Of a DNA stretch of 64,000 nt, positions 37,395 to 49,832 are shown one piece after another (the first letter of the stretch is position 1; each line of letters begins with the position of its first letter). The notes below the pieces were generated by a model. That model saw only the letters and a program-made list of their open reading frames with translations, searched no databases and was not told the origin of the DNA. Origin of the DNA: Azolla caroliniana (taxonomy: Eukaryota > Plantae > Polypodiophyta). The stretch covers positions 451 to 64,450 of the forward strand of contig JBHGNT010000153.1 of NCBI GenBank assembly GCA_043228905.1. The letters run 5' to 3'. A program made the position numbers and the translations under genes.

Positions 37395-37630
37395 ATTAGC
37401 CCAGCATTTTGACTTATTCTCAGAGAAGCCCACCAATCCTTATCAACATTTTGATCCATCCTCAATGAAGCCCCGATACTATCAGCATTTTGATCCTTTT
37501 TCAATCAAGCTCAGCAATTACTATGAGCATCTTCCATCCTTTGTTAATGAAGCCCAACACAATTCCTATCCGCATTTCAATCCTTTCTTTAAATAAGCAT
37601 TACCAAGTCCCATCAGCATGTGATTCCTTC
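37395..37630. repeat. Diverged ~40-45-bp minisatellite just 3' of the kinase stop codon
   Basis: About 5-6 copies of tatca(g/a)cattttgatcc.t..tcaat(g/c)aagc.c. Confidence 0.8.
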
Positions 37631-40600
37631 ATCTCCGCCGTCTTGATATGAAATCCCCATTGCTCAACGAGCTAATGCCTTCTTCCTCATCCTCAGCTGA
37701 CATCTTCCCTTTTCCATTCTTTATGACTGTCCTTTGTGGATCTGCATCCCTATGACCTGCTGCCATGTATGGAGAACTTTCTTTAGGAATGCTTTGGTTT
37801 TCAGATGCCACTTGAAAATGGGATCCATTCCTTTGTCGCGATGTCTCCCGAACATTATTCTTCCGTTCCTTTAACATTATAATGCATGAACAAAGATCTT
37901 TTTAGGTAGTTTCAAACATGGTAGCTAAACACAAACATATAGACGGGCAAAACACCAAAATACACTTGCTGGGTATTTCTCACAGTAACTCGTAAGTTTC
38001 TGAATTTTCCAGAATACCCCTGTAGTATTCTGGAGAATTTAGAATCTTACAAGGTATTCTGGCACCCAAAACTCAGGGATATCTTGGTGCTTTTCCCTAA
38101 ATAGAATCTGCTTACATCAATATTATAATACCTCACGAAAAGGATTGTCATCAGCCTCAAGCATGTGAACTACTTGGCCCATTTTGGGCCGTTTCGGCGC
38201 ATCAGGATCAACACATCGTAGAGCTACAAGTAATGCTCTTTTGAGAACTCTTGGTGATGGCTTCTGCTCCATCTTTGGATCTACAACTTCTTCAGAGTGG
38301 TGGTTACCGACCATTGCTTTCAGCCAGTCAACCAAATTTACCTAGGAAGAGCACAAAATAAGGATATTAATTTAAAGAGGTTTGTATAGCTGTTACTGAT
38401 AAAGTACCTAGTTAAGAAATCTCACTTACCTCTCCAGCTGGCCTACTAAAATCAACAGGAACTCTTCCTGTCACCAACTCCATAAGGAGGACTCCGTAGC
38501 TATACACATCGCTTTTCTCAGTTAACATACCAGTAAGGGCATACTCTGGAGCAACATAGCTTCAAAGAAGAAATTTACAACAAACAAATAAATGAGATTT
38601 GTCGCGTGTTAAAAAAAAGAGAAGCTCACTTCAAAGCCATGTACACTCACCCAAAAGTTCCCATGACTCTTGTTGTAACATGGCTATTTCCTGTTCCTAA
38701 AAGCTTGGCAAGCCCAAAATCGGCAACTTTCGCATTCCATTGGCTGTCTATTAAAATATTGCTGGATTTCACATCACGATGTACAACTTTGGGTTCCAAG
38801 CCCTCATGCAAATAAGCCAACCTGTAGTTTATCGTTCTCTCTCTCTCTCTCTAAAAACATTGAATTGATTTTAAAGATTCAATATACAAAAAAGTTGAAT
38901 GATAATCATAACATATATCAGCATATTTGGAATAACAAATTTTGAAAAGTTTAGTATGGAAGGCTTTTGTAAACCTTTTTCTAAATGGTCATGTTTTTTA
39001 TATTAATAGCTACACAATTTGTAAAGGAAAATGGATTGTTTCACTGTGATATATTATTCATTATTCTTTCTTTACCCTCTATCTTATTTATAATTCATAA
39101 TTTAGTGAATAAGAGGCAGTGCATCACATTCTGCTACGCACTTTGTTTTATTTATAGACAGAATATTTGCAATGTTTTGAGTACAAAAGCTAAAAATTAG
39201 GACATAACCAAGGAATGGCATTCTAGTACAGATATAATAGATCAACATATATGCATGAAACATCAAAATCTTGCAATACAGAAAATGTCAACATAAAACA
39301 CAGACTCACACAAGAAAATACGAGAAATGGAAGTTTGAGTGATATGAGAGTTTTAATAAATACCCTTTTGCAGTACCAAGAATAATCTTCATTCGCTTCT
39401 CCCAAGACAATGGTGGCAGATCTCCTAATGGACCATGTAGCCACTGGTCCAAATTTCCATTGTCAACATATTCATAAACCAGCATCCTGAACAACACAAA
39501 GGAAAATATTCTCAATCAGAAAGAGCAATACTATAGATGAAGCTACGTAAATAATCAAGTTAACCCCACGATCGTAATTTTCTAAAATGCAACAAAGTAA
39601 ATACATCCAATAATCACCATTAAAGGAAAAGGACGCTTTTGAAAAAGACAAATAACCAATTAAAGACCACTTCATTCATCCTATTCAAGTTACAACAGTT
39701 CAAGTATCTCTGAAGGTTCTGAATCAATCAGCATTGACAAATTGTACAAGTATTTGGTGTTATCTTCAAATTCAGAAATAAAAAAAGAAATAATCACCTC
39801 TGAGATCCCTCCATGCAGTAACCAATAAGCCGGACAAGATTTTTATGCCTCACACGTCCGATTGCCTCCACTTCTATTTTAAATTCTCTTTCTGCTTGTC
39901 CTCTGTGATTGTGAATGACATCAGAATTCAGTACAAAACATTTCAACCATCTTGGGCACATCTTTTAGAATTCCAAGTTCTGATGTACATTTCTGAATCT
40001 GATGCAGATTGCACCAGTGAAATGCAATAGATGATTTGGAGATATGGTTCAGAAAAGCATACCTATTGTTTAGAAGGTTTTTCACGGCAATGCGAGTTCC
40101 ATCAGGCAAGTGGCCTAAGTAAACAATGCCATAACCACCCTCACCCAGCACATTTGTATCAGAGAAAGAATCTGTTGCCGCCTCAAGCTCACGTAATGTG
40201 TACCAATGACCCCATCCAAGGTGAGAAACCTCGGGCACAGATATACCTGTAGGTGCTGATGAAGGTGAATCTGTAGATCGAGAATCATTACTAGCACTGG
40301 ACCCTCTTTCGTGTGAATGATGAGGACCTCTCCTCTCTCCTTCCACTACACCTTTCTCCACAGGAGGTAAACGCACACGATTTGCCATCTCCATCCTGGT
40401 TTCTTCTTGTTGCCTTGCTGCTTGCCTAGTTCTCTCAAGAGTTCTGTTTTCTTGCTGTTTCTCTACTCTGTCCAAACTACTATCTCGTTGTAGAGCGTCT
40501 ACAATGACCTCATTCTCTGTTTCTGAGTTGTTTTTCCCCAGTGCACTGTTGTTGGATCTATTCAAAACACGATAAGGAGGAGGAGTAGATTGCCTAGCAC

Positions 40601-40814
40601 GATCATTCATCAGTCCATTTACATTAGAAGTCTTGGATACCATGAAGCTACCATGTTTCTTATTTTGCGAGGATTTCTTCCTCGATGCTAGACATATGGA
40701 GAGACAAAACAATATGAGAACAATAAGAGCTCCCACTGCGATTCCTATGACAACCCATAGCTTCAAGCCAAAGACAATTGTACTCTTGGAAAGTTCATTA
40801 CTGAGAAAATCCAT
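37629..40814 (-). CDS. Receptor-like Ser/Thr kinase, RLCK-V family (At1g01540-like). Exons 40814-40063, 39902-39798, 39486-39364, 38821-38651, 38559-38430, 38341-38132, 37868-37629
   Basis: N-terminal [18 protein letters not shown] plus TM, family-diagnostic [73 protein letters not shown] and [22 protein letters not shown]. Splice phases are consistent. Confidence 0.95.
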
Positions 40815-41129
40815 TGTCTTCTTGCAAGTTCGAAAAGCTTTTGAGCTCTAAAGCCACATTTGTAAAGGCAAGAAATCCACTTTGCTATAAGTACATGATA
40901 GATCTGCAGGAAGTTTGCACCCCTGATGCTGTCCTGATACTTTACCCTAAAATTCGATTCACTCGCTGATGAAAAATCCAAAGGAGAGATGATCGATTTT
41001 ATGATGATTTTTTTCTGCGATAATGGTGAAGGAATTTTCGAATGAATTTTAGGGTTTTCCACAAAAAGCAGTGGTGACTTTGACAGAGATCTGATCACCT
41101 TGCCTAGATCTGTAGGAATGTTATGCCTT

Positions 41130-41575
41130 TCTGATACTACAGAGAAATCCTAACAGAAAACGTTTTTAGAGTGAGAGCCAGACATCTAAAGAAAAAATGT
41201 CAATCTGTGGTGGAAATTTTAGAGTTTTCTGCAACCAACAATGGCGAAGGGAAAAACTTTACTAGAGACGTCCAGGATAACTGAAAGCGAAAAGTGAACT
41301 TTTCATGGTTAACGAAACTTTTTAGAAAAACGTTTTTCATCTGCTGAGTATATATTCCGAGAGGAGGTACCGACCTCTTAGGAAAATAAGGTTTCCTGGA
41401 AGCAGCAATGACGAATCGGTTGCCTTTCTATATAGATCTACGGAAATGATTTGTTTCTATACTGCACTGAAATCCTAACAGAAAACGACTTTCACCTGAA
41501 GAATGTATCGTCCACGAAGAAACTTGATCGAACTCTTAGAAATTTTAGGTCTTCTGTAACAATGGCGTTCGAGAG
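41130..41575. repeat. Diverged ~325-bp tandem duplication upstream of the kinase CDS (probable 5'-UTR intron)
   Basis: gaaatcctaacagaaaacg at ~41144 and ~41469; aattttag....ctg.aac(c)aacaatggcg-like segments at ~41215 and ~41541. Confidence 0.7.
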
Positions 41576-44500
41576 GTCGGCAGTCATTTTTTGCATTTCT
41601 AGAGCTACATTTCTTGCATATCTGACAGAAAAAGTTTCTATTTGGTGAACATATACTATGGCGACAAGAGATTCAATCAACCTAGGAATAACTTTTAGGG
41701 TTTTGTTTTCTGAAAATCCATCCCAGAGACAGCGATGACTATCACGGTCCAAAGGAGAGAAGAAAACGAAGAAGCATAGATCAGTACCTGAGATGAATTG
41801 AATCAAGAACGTGCTGATCAATCGTGCTTGTCTGAGAGAGAGAGAGAGAGAGAAAGAGAGACAGATGTGAAGGATTTGGCGTTGGCGATGGCGATGAAGA
41901 AGACGACGAAGATATGACAAGAAATGCAAAAAAGGCCGAAAAGCAAAAAAGCAGAAAGCAATAAGAAAAGTAAAAAAAATAAAAAATAAAAAAACAGGCA
42001 AGGATGAGCTGGAGACAAGAAGGAGCCTATAGCGATAATATGTCCACGTGGCAGGGTCCACATATGTACATACACAATAGGTTTTTAAAATTAATTTAGA
42101 GCTGGCCAAATTTGGGAGACTAAAAATGAATTGGGAAGGGGGGCTAGTTTATCTTTAGCGGTCGCGATTAAGGAAGGAAGGCCAAACCAACAACATCCAC
42201 ACGATTTATATAATAAATACGATTTGCTTTGTCCAAACCCCCGCCCAAAACCAATCCCAAATGGCCCAAACACATCCCCTTCCCGGCCTTATCTCTACCC
42301 ATCACGCATTATTTGTCTCTTCTATCCCACCCATGTTGTTCTTTCACCTCCTTTCCTTCTCTCCAACTCCTTAAGTGAGAGCAATCTCGTAATGCCATCT
42401 TAACACACCCCCCCCCAATGCTAATATGCCAATGACTTAAGTAATAGGGGGGGGAGGGGGGGGGTCCCTTCCTTCCATGCTCTTTCACAGCACCATAGCC
42501 TCACCCAAATTATCAATCGTTGTGATACAATACCAGAGTGTGTTTGTTTTTCCTATTTAGTTACTTACCACTATGGTGGAACCATCATACACACAGTAAA
42601 GTTGGGTGGGCTACAATCAGCCCTCGATTGCTTGAGTGAGCCTCCATCATTTTTATATCATAAATCATTTATTTGGCCCATCATCATTTGAGGCAAAATG
42701 GCATGACACCTTTACATGTGGGATACTATGGTAGGAAAATATTTGAAGGCCTCGAAGAGTTTGCTACTTTTTTCTCTCATGTGTGTGTGGTTGCTCTCAC
42801 GTCAATGAAAGTTTGTTGGAATGTTGATTGATTCTCACCATGTTTGTAAGGTGTCAAACCAGCCAAGTGAGAATATATTGTCGATTAAAAATGTTATGTA
42901 TTTGATATTGAAGGTGATATATCATCACACTTTCATATATTTTAGAATAAAAACCTTGAAATTTTGAAATTTTGTTAGTAAATCAATTCGATGACATTAG
43001 ATAGAGTTTTATACACACAAATACTTTTTATTGAAAACAAGCACAAATCTCAAAAGACTTCACCAGAAAAGTACCGTGTTCATGTCATTTGTCCCATTGT
43101 CTCAAGGAAGTCACCAGCATGTGTCCCATGCACACTCTCGTAGTGCATCAAGGACTTTTTTGCATCATACAGGATCAAGATCTATAGTGGTTGATATAAT
43201 ATAAAAGTTTTGAAAAAACAAATCTAGTTTTTGGAACATATGTATGGCATAGTATTAAGTAGTTAGGTTTGTACATTGGGACCGATTAAAATATTTTGAA
43301 TTTTTGCTCACCAATTTACATATAAAATGATTTGTTAGCAAGTCCACAAACCATGGGTTGTTATGCTCATAACACAAAGTTGTATCAAGAGGGCCAATTG
43401 AGATTCGATCTTCAACACATGCTAAACCATGTCATGGTACCACCAATGAAATATTAATTTTAATTTGATGATCATATGGATGACAAAAATATTGTCAATT
43501 CTTATGACACATGGACGTACAAATTCTAAGGTACTTCCAACATGATGTTGTTGTACACTGCATAGGAGACACATCAAGTCCTTGGGAAACCATGCATGGT
43601 TACAACTTACATCATGAACGGATTCGACGGAATACAAGCTCTAACGATATTGAATTTTTTTATCCTTTAAAGGTTCGAGCATGAATAGATACACAATCCA
43701 CATTTATGAGCCCCTTAAGATGGTGGTGAACTAGTTATCGGTTCTCGAGGACAATGCTTGTTCATAGTTGGTGCAATTTAACTATTTGATTGGTTATTAA
43801 TATGTTTGAAGTAAAATTCTATCTTGGAATAAGTGCAACATCAAAATAAATGACACCCTAGATAAACTATATTGCTTCTCAATAACATTTTCTTCCCAAT
43901 CAACTTGTGTGGGTGTTTAATGAGGATAGTATTTTGATGCATAGTATGAACAATATGTACCATACGTGCATTGGCATTCGGGAATGTTTCGATCATCCGA
44001 GTATTTGATAAAAGCCCTCGAAGTATGGTAAATACCATAATTTTGTATTCATTATTTATTATAAGGTAACTTTTTAAAAGGTAAGAAATTTAAGGTAAAA
44101 AGTATAAAAAAACCATAAGAATGTTTTGTTAACATACGCATTCGTAGGGAAAAGAATGCTTGCCTATGCATTCGAGTATATTACAACTATGAAATTGGAT
44201 GTATGAAACTTATGTAGAAACTTGCCTATTTCATGTGTCACAATGAATATGCATATAATTGTATTTTTATGTGGAAAGAGATTAACCTATACAATTCAGC
44301 TATGGGGCACCCAAGATAAGAAATCACTGAATGGGACTTTGTGCGAGTTCATCCCCAACAAGCCTTATGATCATGAAGGTCTAATCACAACGATATTTAA
44401 GTGAACGTTGAACTACCTAAACTATGAACTTGGAGCCATATAAATAACGACGTCTTTTTCTTTTTTTGATAATGAAGGCAAACTATTATTTTTCTAGGAT

Positions 44501-47500
44501 GGTGTTTTAAGCATTCGTGAGCTTTCAACTTTCCTATGTTATAGCCCAATTTAACTTGATAAATAGCAACACTTATCATAACATCATTGACATGCGTCTA
44601 CATCTCAAAGGGCTTATTCAAATTCCTAATCAACAACACGAACATTGTGATTTAGAAAATATGTATTCTTGAAACCATTGCTCGAGCTTGTATGTCCATT
44701 GAACAAACATATATATAGCTTGACATTTGCTTTCTATCCCCAGTAACGGACATTTAATGGGTTCACACAATACAAGTTACAACAATACAAAATGCTTGAC
44801 TATGACTTCAACATCCATGAGATACCCCCATGATCAAGATTGGTACGCAATTTGGCTATATTAACCATTCACATGTTTTTTTGTGCATTTCAATTGCTAT
44901 GCACAGAAAAATGCGCTTTAGACATTTTTTTAATTGTAATAAAGGTGCATGGTGCCCATTCAAAGGAATACCAATGCATAAGTACTTGGAATATGAATGG
45001 AGTGTTGTATGTCCTCTAGATACTCCAATGTCCTTTCTACATATTATGGTATAGAAGTAATATAAGTTGGGTATATGCATGTGCAAACTTGTTAACACTA
45101 ATGATTGTATTTATAATTGTCTCTCTAAAAAGGCAATCTATTGTTCAAGTGACATCATTCAAAAAGTAAAAGTATGGTCTGAATTTCAGGACGAAAAAGA
45201 TTTGTCAGTGTTTTATCAAACATAATTGGACATTTCTTATAAAAATATTTGACCTTTTTCTCGAGATAAGTGCATTTTGTTTACATAATTGTCTAGGCTA
45301 CATTCCCTTTGAAATATTATTTTCATTCTGTTCTTTTTGTTTTTGTACATGTAGTGAGGATCTTATAGCAACTTAAACCCTGTAAGGTGTTATAAGACTA
45401 TAGTCACCACATAGAGGTAACTCCTTGGACAAAGTGCCTATAGAGCTCAATTGGAAGGATTGCTAATTCAATTTTCTTTTCCAATTAAGCACTTGTTGTC
45501 ATGTTCCATTGATACCAACAAGCAATAACTTGTTTCTCATACTCCAATCAAGCAACCAATATATTGACTTATGCAACAAAGGTAAAACTTTGGTTCTCTA
45601 GACAAAAACACACTAAAAGGATGACAAAATAATCTTAGTTAATAATACCCAAATGGTTTTAGCAATTAAGCATGTAATGAATGTATGCATGCCATCATTC
45701 TCGATGTACAAAATCCCATTCCACCCAACCACCCCCAAGTTATGATCAAGACATAACCATCCTACCACAGATGTCCCATATCGACAGATATTATTATGAC
45801 TAATGTATTGGAGGAGATAACACACTTATAGTGACGAAAGCCTAGCACACACCACTAGTGCCTTAAGACTGCAACCTTCCAACATAACGTGTTTCATGAA
45901 GGTAGCTTGGCCTCATTTTATACCTCTTCCAAGGCTCCTTAAAGAGACTTCATTCATTGGTTGTCAATATCATGATAGTGCATGCACCTATCATTCCTTC
46001 TATCCAATCACATTAGTCCCTTTCTAACACTAGCAAACATACCCTTCACGTATGTAAATATTTGTGACCTACCCTCACCGCGTCATGTGTGCATGATCCC
46101 TCGATTAGCCTACCAAGAGGATGGTGACTCCTCAAGACTAAAAAAAACATTGGAAGTGCAACACTCCAATATATGAGTCATGTTGGCCAATGCATTGTTC
46201 ACTTTTTATATCATTGAGTTTTCTTCATCTTTCTTTCTTGTAAGATCAACGTTGCTTGCTTTCTTCAAACCTTCCGTTAATTAATCCTCTTTGTATTATC
46301 GTGGATAACAATTAATGAGTGAATTGTAGTAAAGTTGTACGAGTGCTTTCTTCTCTCTTAACTTGCTTAAGGGTCTTGAATAAGTTCTAAGGTTGCTGAG
46401 TGAGCTTCATAACCAAGTTAGACATGGACAATTTGTGAAGTGGATATAGCTTAAGTATGAATACAATTGTAGGCACCTTAGGAGCAATTACACCCACTCC
46501 TACCCACAATGGTCATATCCCACATTGAGACCTCAAAAAAGAGATAGAATTACGGTCAACAGAAAGAAGTGTAGTCATTGGACCATGTGGTGTACTATAT
46601 ATTAATATGTGTATATACAATGACTCCACTATTTACTTTGCAACGTGTACTTTAGTTTAAAAACCAATTGTTCATGGTGGCAATGACAAATTAGATACAA
46701 TAGAAATCATTATTGATTGTGACCCTTTTAGTTGATTAGCAAAAGAACCAAGCCTAAAACCTCTACTATACAAATTTATCTAAGATTGTATCCAATTTCC
46801 AATTCAAACTTTGAAACCATGGGTTACTAACACTAACAGGGTAACATAAGTGATGATAAACATTACATTGGTATATTATTTGGCCATGCCATCCAATATC
46901 AATGAGATGTATTTCAATGTATCAAATAAGTACAACTCACTAACAATAAAGCATCAATTCATTGCCTCTATCTTTCTCACCTCGAATATTTTTTTTCTAT
47001 ATTTTTACATCAAATAAGAGACAATCCATTGCACGGGGTTAATATATGTATATTCTTGCGTGTATATTTCTTACATATGAGTGTGAACATAAGTGTTTAT
47101 TTGCTTGCATGTGTGTCAGAAGCCTCAAGATGAGGTGAGCACATAGAAGTTGAGGGAAATCACAAGACGTATAAATACATGCACTCATAAACAATATAAT
47201 TGTTGATGAATAGCAATGAATCACCCCACAATAAATTATGTTAATAAGGAAATTAAACTATGCATTCATGTCGTCTAGACCTCGAAAGCAAATATACATT
47301 GTTTCATGTAAACTAGTTTTAGTAATGTGTCTTTATGCTGAGAAAAGAAATGCAGGAACTGGCATTATATCTCCACTAGAGAATATAATTACTAAACAAA
47401 GTGTATGGTGTACAATGCTAAAATATTATGCTTTCTAAGTTGGGTTTAGTGTTCCACCCATTTTAAAAATCATTTATATATTGACATTGATAATTCTATC

Positions 47501-49832
47501 TAACATTTTCCCAAAAATGTGGCTTTATAAATTCATTATTCATAACGTATGGGCCAAAAGTGACAACATTACATTACAAAAGGCGGTGCTAACAAAGTGA
47601 TTATTTACGAGCATTGCGCAATTCACATACAAAAATATTGAAATATCGAAAAGCACAATTGTTATATCACGTCACTCAAAATAAGCATTCATATATTTGA
47701 CTTTTGGGATAAATATATTAACAATTAGCTACACCTCCCTAAAAATCCATTTTCCACCACCCAAAGGTTGAAAATAATCTCATTAGCTCATCGAACAAAT
47801 TGATACCAAATTATGTGCATTCTAAAATTGAAAATGCACAATGGTCAATGTTTTCAAATATTTGAACACATTATCGTTACATCACAAAACCCAAATCAAC
47901 AATTCCTTTATGAGATTGAATAATCATTTGAATAGCACTAGTCCCAAGGCCATGAATAGAAACAAAGCACTAACTTTCAATGACCTAATGCTATAAAGTG
48001 TTTGTGATAAAAGAAAAACATACTCCAACGCATATGAATAATGCTAATAAACATCCCAAATGGATTTATGGCACATGTTTTCTTTCCTCGTTCTATAATT
48101 GATTGTGTCGAGTTGTTGTTGTTTTCATCATTATGACCATGTGAAAGACACACCTTAGGTAAAGTTAAACCAATTGAAGGCTTTCATAATGGAAAACACT
48201 TGGGTATTAAATACCCATTCACATCATGGAAAAGCACAACGATATCAAGTAGGACTATCAATAGAAATATGTGATAAGACATTCAACATATGATTCAAGA
48301 ATGCATATTGGCACCATCCCAAAAGTATTAGAACCTCATAGATGGGAGAAGAAGGTTTAACTACCCAAACCATACAACCATCTATCTATCTATCTATACA
48401 ACAGGCAATTTATTGCTTTTAGTAGTCAACCAAGTCATTGAACCCTAACACCATGCCAAGTTTTTCTGTCATATTATATGAATGGGTCACCCAATTGTAG
48501 TATCACACACCCTTTTTTCTACATCATGGTGAGTATATCCTCTTGATCTTACTTGTTATATCCCCTTCTCAATTATAGGTCACATGGCATGGGCAGGGAT
48601 AATTTGCAGATCTCTCGTGGTCCTCTCCAATGTAACATCTTGAGATCAATTCACATTGCCGCATGAAGACTAGTGGTGGAGCATTGAAGCATCATGTGCC
48701 TCATGCATGTGTAGGTAATGGGGCATCCACTATTGCTTCTCTTCGTTGTAACGATGTGTGTCCGGGTGGGTGTCTTAGGAAAGAGTCCCAATCGTAACAT
48801 AACATTAACCGGGACAAAGTGAGGGGTAGTCGAGTAAATATGAAAAATAGCAGCGCTATGTTATGTTGGCGAATTGAACGGTTTCCTTCTTCTTTGATGA
48901 GGAATGCTTTTGTTTTCTTTTCCTTTTGTTCTCATTGTGATGGCCATGGCGATGATCGATCGTCGTTCATACTATTTTTCCTTCTTCTCAGTATCCACAT
49001 CTGTGCTTCCAATGGCGAAACTTACGCAGAAAACATCACAGAATATATTCTCACAAAATCTACATCCTACCATACCCTGAAGGCTCATTATCTCTTCCTC
49101 CATTTTTTTGCCCCAGGTAAAAGTTCTTCCGTGAAGCTCGTTTTAATATGATTTAATTGTTTTTTCGTTCATCGTTTCTTCAGTTTTGTTACAAAGATTA
49201 ATAAAATGCATTTCTGTACGTTAAATTTTTTTAAAGAATAAATAGTTTCAAGCAAAACAAAAACCGAAATATAGTACTAATGCACATATAATATACATAC
49301 CATATGCCATTATTTATTTTCCTAGCACAGGAGACTCTGCATATAATAATCAAAGTTCAAATTTTGAATAGTGATCCTCAAATTTGTCAAATTACTCTAA
49401 TTATCTGTACGAAGTTATAACCACGTATACCTTGGGCATTGAAAAATTTAGGCTTCTTTTAAACTCAAAATGGGTTTCAAAATTCTATGCATAATCATAT
49501 GAGGTTCTAATTATGTGGAAGGAGTATAATTTAGTTTAAACCATCTATATTACGTGCATTCAAGGATTATTTAAAATATCCCTTATATCCCATTATTCAC
49601 ATATTGACATAATGTCTGTCCCTTATATTACATAGCGGGACTTGAAAATTGATAAGAAAAAAAAGTTTGTTCCTTCTAACAGTATCTCTCTCTTTTAAAA
49701 GGTTAATTTTGCTTTGGGTGATGAAACTATTTCGTGTGATTCATTTATATTTCAGGATGAAATGAACCTTTGATGAAATGTGTTTGTACGAAAACTTGAT
49801 AAAAGTGAGTTTGGTAGACAATTGAATTAGTT

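Noticed and set aside
41492-42109. 205-aa minus-strand ORF upstream of the kinase
   Set aside because: It starts at TTG and is made of low-complexity promoter/5'-UTR pyrimidine tracts and probable leader-intron sequence, with no domain.
43100-46200. Possible Mutator/SWIM-type transposase remnant (e.g. CPFKGIPMH near 44955)
   Set aside because: Only one weak motif; cannot be supported without a profile search.
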